Shown here: positions 18,413 through 29,800 of the stretch, one piece after another
Layout: the number at the start of each line of letters is the position of its first letter
Numbering within the stretch: the stretch's first letter is position 1
DNA from: an uncultured Bacilli bacterium
GTDB lineage: Bacteria; Bacillota_I; Bacilli_A; RF39; UBA660
DNA length: 52,315 bases
NCBI GenBank assembly: GCA_947629305.1
Contig: CANRDD010000002.1
Location: 1 to 52,315, forward strand
Reading direction: 5' to 3'
Program-made: the position numbers and the translations under genes
Notes under the pieces: generated by a model
Told to the model about the DNA's origin: nothing
Seen by the model: only the letters and a program-made list of their open reading frames with translations
Databases searched by the model: none

Positions 18413-19012
18413 ATGGGTGAAGAAAATAATATGTGGACAAGCAATAATAAAAAATATTTTTTCTTTTTTTTAATTATATTATTATTTGGTTTTTTAACTG
18501 GACTATTATTTTTAAGTCAAGTAGATGAAAATGGGAAAGAAATAATCTTTAATAATATAAATACTTATTTACTTAATTTAAATAATTTAAATATTAATAA
18601 TCTAATACCGCATATACTTTTATTTCCTTTATTACTTATTTTAAGTATTTTTATAATAGGTATACCTTTAGAATTAATCTTTATCTTTTATAATGGTTTT
18701 TCTTTAGGTTTTATAATTAGTTCTTTAAAAAATATCTTTGGTCTTAAAGGTATTATATATAGTCTATTTTATATAATAATAAGTAAAGGTATATATATCT
18801 TTTTATTACTTATATTATGTATTATATTACTGAAAATAAGTTATCGTAGTTTAAAATATATTAGAAAAAAAGAAGGAAGATTATATAAAGAAGAAATATA
18901 TATATTATTAAAGAAAGCTTTACTTATTATTATTTTTATATTAATTAATGATTTAATTATTTATTTTTGGGGAGGAAAAATTTTAAATATCTTTAACTTT
19001 TTCTTAAAATAA
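18413..19012 (+). CDS. SpoIIM-family (PF01944-like) membrane protein
   Basis: About 5 TM segments with the central GIPLELIFIFYNGFSLGFII block, resembling SpoIIM. An alternative start at ATG 18431 has a better GGTGA-type RBS. Confidence 0.5.
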   Translation: MGEENNMWTSNNKKYFFFFLIILLFGFLTGLLFLSQVDENGKEIIFNNINTYLLNLNNLNINNLIPHILLFPLLLILSIFIIGIPLELIFIFYNGFSLGFIISSLKNIFGLKGIIYSLFYIIISKGIYIFLLLILCIILLKISYRSLKYIRKKEGRLYKEEIYILLKKALLIIIFILINDLIIYFWGGKILNIFNFFLK

Positions 19013-19037
19013 TATATAATTATGATTAGTGATTGAT

Positions 19038-20147
19038 ATGGAAAAGGTTATTGTAGGCATAAGCGGGGGAGTAGACTCTGCCGTTGCGGCTTATTTACTT
19101 AAAAAAGATGGATATGATGTTGAAGGATTATTTATGCGTAATTGGGATAGTAGTATAAATAATGATATATTAGGTAATCCAAATGATTTAAATGATATAT
19201 GTCCTCAGGAAAAAGATTATAATGATGCGGTTAAATTATGTGAAATATTAGGTATTAAATTACATCGTGTTGATTTTATTAAAGAATATTGGGATTATGT
19301 TTTTAAATATTTTTTAGATGAATTAAAAAAAGGAAGAACACCTAATCCAGATCTATTATGTAATAAGTTTATTAAATTTGATTTATTTTTAAAAGAAGCA
19401 GAAAGGCTTGGAGCAAGTTTTGTGGCAACTGGTCATTATGCAAGACTTAAGGGTGGCAAGTTACTAAGGGGAGTTGATGTTAATAAAGATCAAACTTACT
19501 TCTTAGCGGATGTTCCTGCTTCCCATTTTCGGCATATTTTATTCCCTGTCGGGGATTTAACAAAAGAAAAGGTCCGCAAAATAGCTCATGAGCAAAATTT
19601 AAATGTTGCTTCCAAAAAAGATTCGACGGGTATCTGTTTTATTGGGGAAAGAAATTATCAAGCTTTTGTTAGTAATTATTTAAAACCTAATCCTGGGGAT
19701 ATTGTTGATGTCGAAACAAATAAAGTTATTGGTCGGCATACAGGTCTTATGAATTATACCATTGGGCAAAGAAGACATGTTGGCGTAAGTGGTAATTTAG
19801 AAAGACATTATGTCTGTGGTAAAAATGTCGAAAAAAACATATTATATGTTGCTTTTGGGGATAATAGTAAATATTTAGAAAGTGATGAATGTTTAATTGA
19901 AAATGTTAATTTTATTAGTAGTTTAAGACCTAGTTTTTGCACGGCAAAATTCCGTTATAGGGACAAAGATCATGCCGTTAATTTAGAATATTTAGAAGAT
20001 GGAAATATTATTGTTCATTATCCTGATAAAGCTAAAAGTGTGACTCCTGGGCAAGCTTGTGTTCTTTATTTAGGAGAAGAATGTTTAGGTTGTGGATTTA
20101 TTAAACAAGTTAAAAATAATAAGGAAGAATTATGGTATTTAAAATAG
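19038..20147 (+). CDS. mnmA: tRNA 2-thiouridine(34) synthase
   Basis: PP-loop VGISGGVDSAVAAYLL, catalytic Cys contexts (NPDLLCNK, STGICFIGE), full length. The track start GTG 19029 is equally possible. Confidence 0.95.
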   Translation: MEKVIVGISGGVDSAVAAYLLKKDGYDVEGLFMRNWDSSINNDILGNPNDLNDICPQEKDYNDAVKLCEILGIKLHRVDFIKEYWDYVFKYFLDELKKGRTPNPDLLCNKFIKFDLFLKEAERLGASFVATGHYARLKGGKLLRGVDVNKDQTYFLADVPASHFRHILFPVGDLTKEKVRKIAHEQNLNVASKKDSTGICFIGERNYQAFVSNYLKPNPGDIVDVETNKVIGRHTGLMNYTIGQRRHVGVSGNLERHYVCGKNVEKNILYVAFGDNSKYLESDECLIENVNFISSLRPSFCTAKFRYRDKDHAVNLEYLEDGNIIVHYPDKAKSVTPGQACVLYLGEECLGCGFIKQVKNNKEELWYLK

Positions 20148-20178
20148 GAAAAAATTAAAAAATTTTACATAAATTATA

Positions 20179-20207
20179 TTGATTTTAAATGTTAAGTTAT
20201 GTATAAT
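20179..20207 (+). promoter_or_regulatory. Sigma-A-type promoter
   Basis: TTGATT (20179-20184), a 17-nt spacer, then TATAAT (20202-20207), about 35 nt upstream of the 20243 start. Confidence 0.5.
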
Positions 20208-20242
20208 AAATTTGTAAATCGTTTTAAAAGAGGTAGTGGAAA

Positions 20243-21013
20243 ATGCACAATTTAAATGAATTATTACAAGAATTAGGGGTTTCAAAAGTAAAGTTAGCCA
20301 AATATTTAGGGGTTTCAAGACAAATGGTTTATAACTATTTAACTTTAGATAGCTTAGATAAATGGCCAAAAGAAAAGAAAGTTTTATTATTACAATTATT
20401 AGATATTAAAGATGGGGAAGATGAAACAATTAAAAATGTTGTTGTTGATACAGAATATTTAATGGCTGTTGAAAAAAGATTATCAACGACAATTAAAGTT
20501 TCAAGTGAAGTAGGAAGTTATTTTGATTTAACAGGTTTAAATAAAGATGATAAGAATTTATTAAATGATATTACTTTCTTAATTAAAGAAAAATTAACTG
20601 ATGATGACGAAGAGGGAAGTAGTGCTATAAGATATTTGTACTACATGTTACAGTCAATGGAAAATGTTCCGGAAATTAAATATATATTAGGTTATATGGC
20701 AAAAACAAATGGTTTTATTCCACCTGATGAATATGCTTTTAATGAAGATAAACAATTTATTTTTGAAGGTATTTTATATTCAGCTTTAACCCTTTATAAC
20801 AATGGGGGAGCATCTAAAAGTAAACTTGCTGAATCTCATAAACGTTTTATTCAAGAAATAGAACAAAAGAATGAAGAAAAATTAAGTCGGACACAACAAC
20901 TTAATACGGTCAAAATTCAAGCTTTAAGAGAACTTGGTTATAATGATATTAATGCTACAAATGCAACCGAAGTATTTGAAAAAATCGCGGAAATTCAGTC
21001 ACGTAAAGTGTAG
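20243..21013 (+). CDS. HTH-domain protein (N-terminal XRE/Cro-like HTH, unassigned C-terminal domain)
   Basis: N-terminus LNELLQELGVSKVKLAKYLGVSRQMVYNYL is a classic HTH. The remaining ~200 aa have no recognised motif. Confidence 0.6.
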   Translation: MHNLNELLQELGVSKVKLAKYLGVSRQMVYNYLTLDSLDKWPKEKKVLLLQLLDIKDGEDETIKNVVVDTEYLMAVEKRLSTTIKVSSEVGSYFDLTGLNKDDKNLLNDITFLIKEKLTDDDEEGSSAIRYLYYMLQSMENVPEIKYILGYMAKTNGFIPPDEYAFNEDKQFIFEGILYSALTLYNNGGASKSKLAESHKRFIQEIEQKNEEKLSRTQQLNTVKIQALRELGYNDINATNATEVFEKIAEIQSRKV

Positions 21014-21023
21014 GTTAAAGAAT

Positions 21024-21794
21024 ATGAAAAAAAGAATAAATAGGTCATTAATTATAAAAATTTGTTTAATTATTATATTAATTATTATAGTTATTTTTGG
21101 TTTAACTAAATATTTAAATAGAGTTAAAAAAGATGATTTAAATGAATTATACACTTATTTAGGGGAAAATGATTTAGATTATTGTAATGGTTTAAGTAAA
21201 TATAGTAAAGATGATATAAATTATGATAGTTTAGCTAATAGTGAAAGAATATGTAATGTGACAGCTATGCTATATTTAAAAGAAAATTATGAGAATATTA
21301 CTTTAGAAAAAGATAATAATAAAGATAGTTGTAGTTTAACGTCAGATATAGTATTTGCTTTAGATGATAATACTTGTAATATAAAGAAAATAAAGAAAGA
21401 AGATATTGATAATCAATATTTAAAAGTATATGGACGTAAATTAGAACAAGATGAAGAATTTACTTTAAATAAAAGATTAGTATGTTATCCTAATGAAGAT
21501 TATTATTACTGTGGTAAAGCTTTATCTTATACAGTAACTGTAGGAGAAGTACCTAAAACCTATCGTAGTATTAAAAAAGCAGTTAAAAAGAAAGATCAAA
21601 TTATTATATATGATTATTTTCTAAAGACAGTTAATGATATATGTTATAGTAATTATGATGCTTTAGAAGAAATAGATTGTCCTAAAGAAGAAATAGATTA
21701 TCGTTATTTAAAGAAATATGGAACATTATATCAACATACATTTCAAAAAGATGGAAATAATTACTATTGGGTTTCATCAAAGAAGTTAAAATAA
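21024..21794 (+). CDS. Hypothetical membrane-anchored Cys-containing protein
   Basis: The start MKKRINRSLIIKICLIIILIIIVIFGL at ATG 21024 gives a signal-anchor. The track start 20934 overlaps the previous gene and adds a non-hydrophobic leader. Confidence 0.6.
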   Translation: MKKRINRSLIIKICLIIILIIIVIFGLTKYLNRVKKDDLNELYTYLGENDLDYCNGLSKYSKDDINYDSLANSERICNVTAMLYLKENYENITLEKDNNKDSCSLTSDIVFALDDNTCNIKKIKKEDIDNQYLKVYGRKLEQDEEFTLNKRLVCYPNEDYYYCGKALSYTVTVGEVPKTYRSIKKAVKKKDQIIIYDYFLKTVNDICYSNYDALEEIDCPKEEIDYRYLKKYGTLYQHTFQKDGNNYYWVSSKKLK

Positions 21795-21795
21795 A

Positions 21796-21819
21796 GCATT
21801 CTTATAGAATGTCTTTTTT
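21796..21819 (+). terminator. Hairpin plus T-run
   Basis: CATTCT pairs with AGAATG, followed by TCTTTTTT. Confidence 0.45.
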
Positions 21820-21837
21820 AAAGAAAGGGGAATATTA

Positions 21838-22443
21838 ATGTTAAAGGATAAAAGAATAATAAGTATAATTATTTTATTAATATTATTAATAATTATTATA
21901 ATAAATATTATAAATAATAATATCTTAAATATTGATTTAAAAATATATAATTTTATAGCTAAATATATTAATAATTATAATACCAATATATTTAAAATAA
22001 TAACATTTTTAGGTAGTACATTATTTATGATAATAATCACAATATTGTTTTTTATAATATTAAAGGGAAGAGAAGGGAAGATAGTTGTTATAACTATGTT
22101 AGGATCTACTTTAATTAATAATATTATAAAGTTAATTATAGCAAGACCTAGACCTAATATTAACCCTTTAGTAGTTGAAAATAGTTATTCTTTTCCAAGT
22201 GGTCATACAATGGCTATAACAACATTAATAGGTATATTATATATACTTAAAATAAAGCCATGGATGAAGAAGGGGAGAAAAGGAAGATATATAGCTTATG
22301 GTATATGGCTTATTCCTCTTTTAGTTATGTTAAGTAGAATATATTTAGGTGTTCATTATTTTTCTGACTGTTTAGGAGGATTTATTATTTCTATTATAAT
22401 TATCTTAATAACAAGTTTACTATTAGAGAAAATTAAATTATAA
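21838..22443 (+). CDS. PAP2-family lipid phosphatase (BcrC/PgpB-like)
   Basis: All three PAP2 motifs are present: KLIIARPRP, PSGH and SRIYLGVHYFSD. Polytopic membrane protein. Confidence 0.85.
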   Translation: MLKDKRIISIIILLILLIIIIINIINNNILNIDLKIYNFIAKYINNYNTNIFKIITFLGSTLFMIIITILFFIILKGREGKIVVITMLGSTLINNIIKLIIARPRPNINPLVVENSYSFPSGHTMAITTLIGILYILKIKPWMKKGRKGRYIAYGIWLIPLLVMLSRIYLGVHYFSDCLGGFIISIIIILITSLLLEKIKL

Positions 22444-22670
22444 TAAAAGAGAGTAGTGTGATATATTATGTTATTATTTAGTGATTATATTAAATGTTTT
22501 ATATTTTCTCTTGGCGTATTTGCCCTAGCCTTTCGTTTTACTATTGATTTATCCTTCGCTTTGATTAGCAGTTACCGTCAATTTTGATTTTAAAGTATAT
22601 GCTATGCGTTATAAAAAGTTTGTTGAATATTATTATGATATTATAAATAACAATAATAATAAGTAATATA

Positions 22671-22741
22671 TATAACCTTATTATATATATTAATAAGGTT
22701 ATAATTATTTATCCTTATTTATATAATAATAAGGTTATAAT
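22671..22741. repeat. Tandem palindromic units
   Basis: A perfect 13-bp inverted repeat, TATAACCTTATTA (22671-22683) / TAATAAGGTTATA (22691-22703). A second, degenerate unit follows (CCTTATT 22713-22719 / AATAAGG 22728-22734). The direct repeat TAATAAGGTTATAA occurs at 22691 and 22727. Confidence 0.7.
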
Positions 22742-22939
22742 ATTTTACCTTAATTTTACATTTTAAAAATATTTATATTAAGTTACTATTTTAATATTAT
22801 GTTAACAAAATTTTGGCTATTTAGGCTGATATTAATATGTCAAAATACTAGGTGTATTAAGGGTTTGTTTGCTATTATAATAAAATTATAATTTATCAAA
22901 TAATATATATTATGTTAACTTAGTTGTGATCAAATTAAA

Positions 22940-22973
22940 GGGATATCCCATAGCTGGTATCCCCTCTTTTTTT
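22940..22973. terminator. Strong hairpin, T-run on the plus strand (also just downstream of zupT on the minus strand)
   Basis: GGGATA (22940-22945) pairs with TATCCC (22958-22963), with an inner CCA/TGG pairing, followed by CTCTTTTTTT on the plus strand. Confidence 0.6.
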
Positions 22974-22988
22974 ATGACATAATAATAT

Positions 22989-23747
22989 TTATAAACCTAA
23001 GATAATATTTAAAATTAATAATATAAGACCCATGCTAAAGCCAATTATAAGCCATTTTTTCTCCTTATACTCTAGTGCCTTTGGTAGCATCTCTTGAATT
23101 GATAAGGTAATCATTAACCCTGCGACAAATAATAAAACAATACTAATCATTAAATCAGTTACATAATTTTTTAAGAATAAAAATGCTAGTAATGCTCCAA
23201 GGGGTTCTGCAATAGATGAGATAAAGGTTGCTTTAAAAGCCTTTAATTTACTTCCTTCAGCATAATATATAGGCACTGCTATGGCTATACCTTCAGGTAT
23301 ATTATGAAGCGTTATAGCTAAACCAAGTTGTAATCCTAAGCTAATATCTTTATAACTACTTAAAAATGTTGCTATTCCTTCTGGTAAATTATGAAGTATT
23401 AAGACTAACATATTTAATATTCCTAATTTATATAAATCTTCTTTTATTTCTTTTTTATTCATTAAATTATTTAGATAACTAATAATAATATAACTAATTA
23501 AAAAAGCTATAACCATTATTATAAGAGATTTCATAAAACCATAAGTATATATACATTTAAATAATGATTCAGGTATTAAATCAACAATACTAATACCAAT
23601 CATAATGGCAATAGAAAAACTTAAAGAAAAAGTAATAAATTTATTATATTGGTTATGTTTAAATTTAAATAATATAACTAAAGAACCTAACATAGTTGAA
23701 AAACCTGCGACGGTTGAAATAAGTAAAGGTATAAATATTTTATTCAT
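22989..23747 (-). CDS. zupT: ZIP-family divalent metal (zinc) transporter
   Basis: ZIP signature helices HNLPEGIATF and HNIPEGIAIAVP; 8 TM segments; 252 aa. Confidence 0.85.
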   Translation of the reverse strand: MNKIFIPLLISTVAGFSTMLGSLVILFKFKHNQYNKFITFSLSFSIAIMIGISIVDLIPESLFKCIYTYGFMKSLIIMVIAFLISYIIISYLNNLMNKKEIKEDLYKLGILNMLVLILHNLPEGIATFLSSYKDISLGLQLGLAITLHNIPEGIAIAVPIYYAEGSKLKAFKATFISSIAEPLGALLAFLFLKNYVTDLMISIVLLFVAGLMITLSIQEMLPKALEYKEKKWLIIGFSMGLILLILNIILGL

Positions 23748-23802
23748 ATAGCATCAATTAATTTTATTAATTATTAGTTCTTTTTATTCTACCCTCCCCT
23801 TT

Positions 23803-23836
23803 TAAAAAAGACTAAAAGAATTAAATCTTTTAGTCT
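23803..23836 (-). terminator. Terminator of the giant surface-protease gene
   Basis: An 11-bp stem, AGACTAAAAGA (23809-23819) / TCTTTTAGTCT (23826-23836), overlaps the stop codon. A U-run follows on the minus strand. Confidence 0.7.
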
Positions 23837-26800
23837 ATATTAGAAAAATTACTAAAACCATTATTATAAGAATAATTATATATTTCTTGTTTAAAATCAT
23901 TAGTTTTATTTTTTAATTCATAATATAATTCTTTTCTGATATTAGTTGATTTAACTAATTGTCTTGCATTCATAATCATATTATTTCTTTTAGTCGTATT
24001 ATTCTTATTCATTTCTTCATCATCGGGAACATCAGGATATTGCTTCCAAGCTAAATCTTTAGTTTCTTTAACTGTTTTAGCATCTTCATGTAATGCTTCT
24101 AAGAATTTTTGATAATAATCTAAGACATCGATATATTGGATATGTGTTAAATTATTTTCAACTTCTAGAAAACGATTCTTTTTATATAAATCTATTGTCA
24201 TATTAGGATCATTAGTAATCGTTTGAATAGCCATTAAGTCTGTTTTATAATTATTAATATTTGATGTTACCCATTCATTGTTATTATTTAAGGTAAGTAT
24301 TGTCTTAGTCGTAGCATTACGATTACTATAATATTCAACATAACCTTTATCATAACCAGCATAACCTAGCATTTCATAAGCAAGCCATTTAAGACTATAT
24401 GAATCTGGTCTTCCATAGTCATTATGTGGTTGATACCAACGGGCTTTGAAAATGTTTTCTCCTCCGTATTTATTATCAGTATAGGTTGAATAAAGAATAC
24501 CTGGATAAATAACTAATCGATTATCATATAAATCACTAATCGTATTTAAAGTCATTTGATTATAAAGACTTTCATCTATTTCTTGATATACCGTAAATTT
24601 ATATTGTAAATATTCTTGACCTTCTAAAGTATATATATCTTTATTTGGATAATTAGCTTGAACGGCAATATTAGCTTTTTCTTCATTGGATAATTCCAAA
24701 AAGGCTTTTCCTTCTAAATAATCCATGATATAAAGACTTTCAAATACTTTTCGGTAGAAGTCTTGAACCATTTGGGCACTAGCAATACGATCTGGGGTTA
24801 AATTAGTAGCAATTTTACTATCAACGGCAAAGGAGCGCGATAAATTCATTACGATATCCCCTTCTCCGAAAGATTGCGTTAAATTACCATCAGCATAATC
24901 TTCTCCCCCAGCATTAAATCGACGACCATAATTTTTAAGGAATAATCTTGCATCAATATTATGAGCTGATTCATGACTCCATGTATGGAAGGTATATTCA
25001 TAAGTATCGCCATATTCTTCGAGTAAATTACCATCCATAAGACCTTCTACCCTCCAGATAACATAAGCACCATTGGCTGTGGCTGCATTATAATCATTAT
25101 AAGCCCATTGCCCAATTACTTCATTAAAATTCTTATGGAATGGTTCTTCGGTTGAATAAGGATTTTGGAAGGTTAATATACCATTTTGATCATAAGCATA
25201 TCTTTTATCAATTTGTACCGTATGAATATCATTAAAGTATTTAGCATCTTCCAAAATCTTAGCAGCTGTTTCATAATAATCTTTCATTCTTGTTGTATAA
25301 CTTTCTATTTTATCTTCTAAAATCTTTTGGTCAGCTGGATTAAATGGATCAGTTATGTAAGTTCTTTGGGCACCAATGATAAATTGGGTTGGACTAGATA
25401 TTATATATGCCGCTCTTTCTGGTAAAGTTAAAATAGGTAAAGCATAATTATACCAATTAACTTGCGTTGATGTATCCACATTTTTAATATGATCCCATAA
25501 GGTATAAGTAATATCATCTCTATTATCTACTTTTATTTCGACTAAATAACCTTTAAAACTTTGGGCAAACCATTTAGCTGTATTACCATCACCTAGTATT
25601 TTAACTAAATAATCTAAGAAAGAAGGAATATTATCATAAGAAGTATAATTACTTAAAACTTTATTATAAGCATTACTTGTTCCATTTGTAGCAAAATTAC
25701 TTTCATCTTGTAAATACATCTTGGCAATATTACTCATTGTTAAATTATTATCAAAACCTATAGAATTAAATAATATTAAATCATTTAATTTTATACCATT
25801 AATATCTATATTATAAAAACGATGAAAATAATTATATACATATAATATTTTTTCTAAATCAGGATTATTTTTTATTTCTTTTTCTAAATAATCATTAATA
25901 GCTTCCATATTAGATGTATTTGTATAATTACTATTAGCTATATATTTTAAGATAAATTTATTTAATTCTTTTTTAGTTACTTCATTATAATAATCTTCAT
26001 AAATACGACTATCTTTTGTTGGTGTTAAAGGATCTAAATTATCTTGATAAGTTAAATTATTTAAATAATTAGTTAAATTATTAATAATTTGCGCATTATC
26101 ATCGATAACATAATGATCAAAAGTATAATCTATTCTTAATGGATATAATCTATAACTAGCAACAAAATCATATGTTTTATCATAAATTAAAGAATATTCT
26201 TCTGTCTTATCATTACTATATACTATCTTTAATTTAATTATTTTTGCCGCATCTTTTTTAGTTATATAAGTAACTATATTACCATTTTGATCAATTGGGA
26301 TAATATGCTTTATTTCTTCTTGATAAAGAAGAGAATCACTTGGAATATTTTCCGCACTATTTACTATTTTTTGACTAGTATAATATGGCATTAATAAAGC
26401 TAAATTATTATATAATATATTTTTATTTTGATCATATTCTTTAACTTCATCTTTATTTATTTTTAAAGGTATTTCTTTATTTAATAAAGGTAAATTATTT
26501 ATCTTTATATTTTTAATTTGCCATATATTAGAATCAAAACTTCCTTTATTTAAGAATAAATCATCATTTACTTCTTCATTTGTTATTTTATTTAATCCTT
26601 CTAAATCTAAAGGAAGATTTTGCACATTATCTAAATAATAGTTATTCTTACTTTCTTTATAACTTTTACTATAATATATTTTATTAGGAGCACTTGTATT
26701 TAAATTAATATTATTTAAATATGATGAATTAGATCCACAGGCAATACCACAGGCCATGCCATTACCCATGCCATAGTTTATAGTGACATTCGTATAATTA

Positions 26801-29800
26801 TTTTGGAAAAGAGTATTATTCATCGTATTACCGGCAATACCACCTCGGTAATTATAACCACCGAGAATAGATCCTACCGCATAAGAATTAGTTATTTGGG
26901 CGTTATTAGCAATACCTACTAAACCACCAATTTGTTGTCTATTGCCATTTGATGATATCGTAAAACCAATAGCCCTTGAATTAGTAAGACTAGATTCTAT
27001 TAAAGAACCAACAATAGGCCCTACTCCTCCTTCAATATTATTATTTTTAAGATAATTATTGACAAGAATACCATCAAGATGAGATTTGGTAGCAACCTCA
27101 GCTAAAGTACCTTTGCCATTTTCTTCAGGCATAGTTACATCTTCAAAACTAATATCTTTAATTGTTGCCCCAGTTAAGCTCTTAAATAATGGTTTATTTA
27201 AGTTTTTAATTTTATAACCATTACCATTTAATGTTCCTGTAAAATCAATATTAATGATAGCTTTATCACTTGTTGCAAAACTTTTCGCATCTAAATCATG
27301 GGTTAAGGTAAATGAACCAGATGGATTTGCCATAACTCTTTGGACAAATTGTTCAAAACTTTCTGGCCGTGCCTTATTTAGGGCTTTTCCACTGGTAATT
27401 GGACCAAAGTCAATTCTAAGTTCTTCTTCACTTGGTTTTAAAACAGTATAATCATAATCTAAAATAAGAACTAAATGATTATTTTCATCAACTACTTTTT
27501 TAATTTTACTATAAATAGTTGGCATACTACTAGATGTTATTTTTACAAAGTATTGTTCTAAATTATGATTTAAATCATTAATATCTACTTCTTCTATTTC
27601 TTTAAATAAAGTATTTTCTTCTTTATATAAAGTTAAATCAGTCATATTTTTTATTTCAATATAATTTTTATCTAAAGAGATTATTTCTCTTAATAATACT
27701 TGATTAGGATAATAATTATCATTACCTTGTTTTATATCTAAATCATAATTACCTATAACTTCAATTACATAACGATTAAGATTACCTTTAGGTATCGTAA
27801 AATTAGATGTAAAATCAAGGGTATTTATTTCCTTCCCTAATTCATCTTTAATCACAATTTTCACGGCATCTTGGACTGAAGAACCAACAAATGAATAATC
27901 AAAATCATTTAATGTTAAACTAACATTAATATCTTCATCAAGTGTATCATATTTAAAATCTTTAATAACCATCTTATCTTTTAAGACTTCAATATCAATA
28001 GTTTTAGGATTAGTTAAAGATATTTTTTTCCCATTATCTAAAATAATATCAGTAATATTTAAAGTTTTTATTCCTGCTTCATTTATACCTTCTAACTTAA
28101 TTATATAATTATCTTTTTCTTTTTCAATAGCATAAACTTTTTCATTTAAAATAACTTTTTGAATATCTAAATCCTTTGGTAAATTTAATAAATCAAAGTT
28201 TAAGATAATATCCTCATTTTTAAGATAATAATTCTTATTTTTATTTAAATTAGTTATTTCTATTTGGTTATATTCTTCTTCATTATATAAACCATATTTA
28301 ACAGTATATATTAAATCATCAGTATAACTATTTTTATTATCAAGAGCATCTAAAGTATTTGTATCTGCTTCATAACTAGCTAAAAAGTTTAAATCTAATA
28401 ATTGATCTAAAGGAACATTTTTAAAGGTAAGTGTATTATCACCTAAATTAAAGGCTTGTTTTTCGCCATTTAATTCGGCAAAACCACTTTTAAATCCCCC
28501 TTTATCATCCGTAACATTAAATTTAAATGTAACATTTTTTTCTAAATAATCTTCATTTATTATTTCTAAATCATTTATTTTCGGTTTATCTTTTAAGACA
28601 TCTATTTTAACAATGTATGGTTCAACAGAGAAAAATTCTTGATAATATCCTTGATAATTTTCTCTTCTTAATTTAACTCTTTCAACTTTAAGTTCTAAAA
28701 TACCTGATTCATTTGGAATAACAAAACTAATCTTATTTTCTTTTAAACCATTAGCTGCCCCATCATAATTATAGCCATTGATGGTTACCCCAGCAAATTC
28801 AGTGAAACTATTCTTAATTGCATCCGCTATTTCTAAAGTAAAGGTAATGGTATATTTCTTTTGCCCTTTTTGAGGAAATATATCAGTTACTTTAGCATTA
28901 ATAATCTTTATTTCTTTTTGCGTAATTAAATCATTTTCACCAATATTTTTATTTTGATAATTATGTAATGTTGTTCCTAAATTATAATTAGCTAAAAATT
29001 TAACATAAAAATGACCATCTAAACTATTACCATAACTTAAATTAAGATTATGATTATATTCTTCCTTTTTTATTTCTTTTGTATCTAATACTTTTCCTGT
29101 AGAGTCATATAATACTACTTTTAAATCTGTTAAAGAGTTTTCTTGATTAGTTAAGTTATATGATACATTAATATTTTTATCATTATGATTATCTTTTAGA
29201 ATAATATTATCTACCTTTGGTTCATATTTTAAGACATAATAAGCTAAAGGATTAAGTTCATAATCTTTTTCATTTGTAAAAACTTTTAAATTACTTAATG
29301 TAATATTTTCAATATTTAAATAATATTTACCAAAGATACTTGTATCAATATTTTCTAATACTACTTCATATGTATCTTTATCTATTAAAGCTACTTTATA
29401 AGCATGATTATTGATGGTAATACTTTCAACTAATAAACCTTTTTTATTCGTACTTTTAAAAGTAATAATTGGATGATTCCCTTTGGAAATAGCATCCGTT
29501 ATTTGGACATCTGTTAAAGTAAAATCATAATTTTTAGCTAGAGAAAAATTATGTTGATAAATTAATTTATCAATAAATGTTGTTTTATCATTATTTCCAG
29601 TATCTAATTTATAAGTTGCATAAACTTTAATTGTATAGGTAACATTTTCTTTAAAATCTACTTCAAAATAATTATCTTTACCAATACTTTTATTTAATAC
29701 CTCTTCATTATTATCATCTAAAATAATAACTTTTCCTTCTCTAAAAGCATTATCAAGATCTTCTAATTTAAATTTAAGAGAATTAGTTTTTTCATCAACA

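Noticed and set aside
18413-19012. Inferring that the organism sporulates from the SpoIIM-family gene
   Set aside because: PF01944-type membrane proteins also occur in non-sporulating bacteria, and no core sporulation genes (spo0A, sigE/F/G, spoIIID and others) are in the window. The YqfQ-like and SASP-like small ORFs are weak evidence only.
22671-22741. CRISPR array
   Set aside because: There are only two to three copies of a short palindromic unit with no regular unique spacers, and no cas genes in the window. No other candidate array was seen.
23748-23829. Strong SD-like AAGGGGAGGG on the minus strand between the giant-gene terminator and zupT, as evidence for a hidden small ORF or a Zur box
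   Set aside because: No ATG, GTG or TTG lies within 5-13 nt downstream of it. It is about 45 nt upstream of the zupT ATG, and no Zur-box-like palindrome (TCGTAAT-N-ATTACGA type) is visible. It is most likely just part of the zupT 5' UTR.
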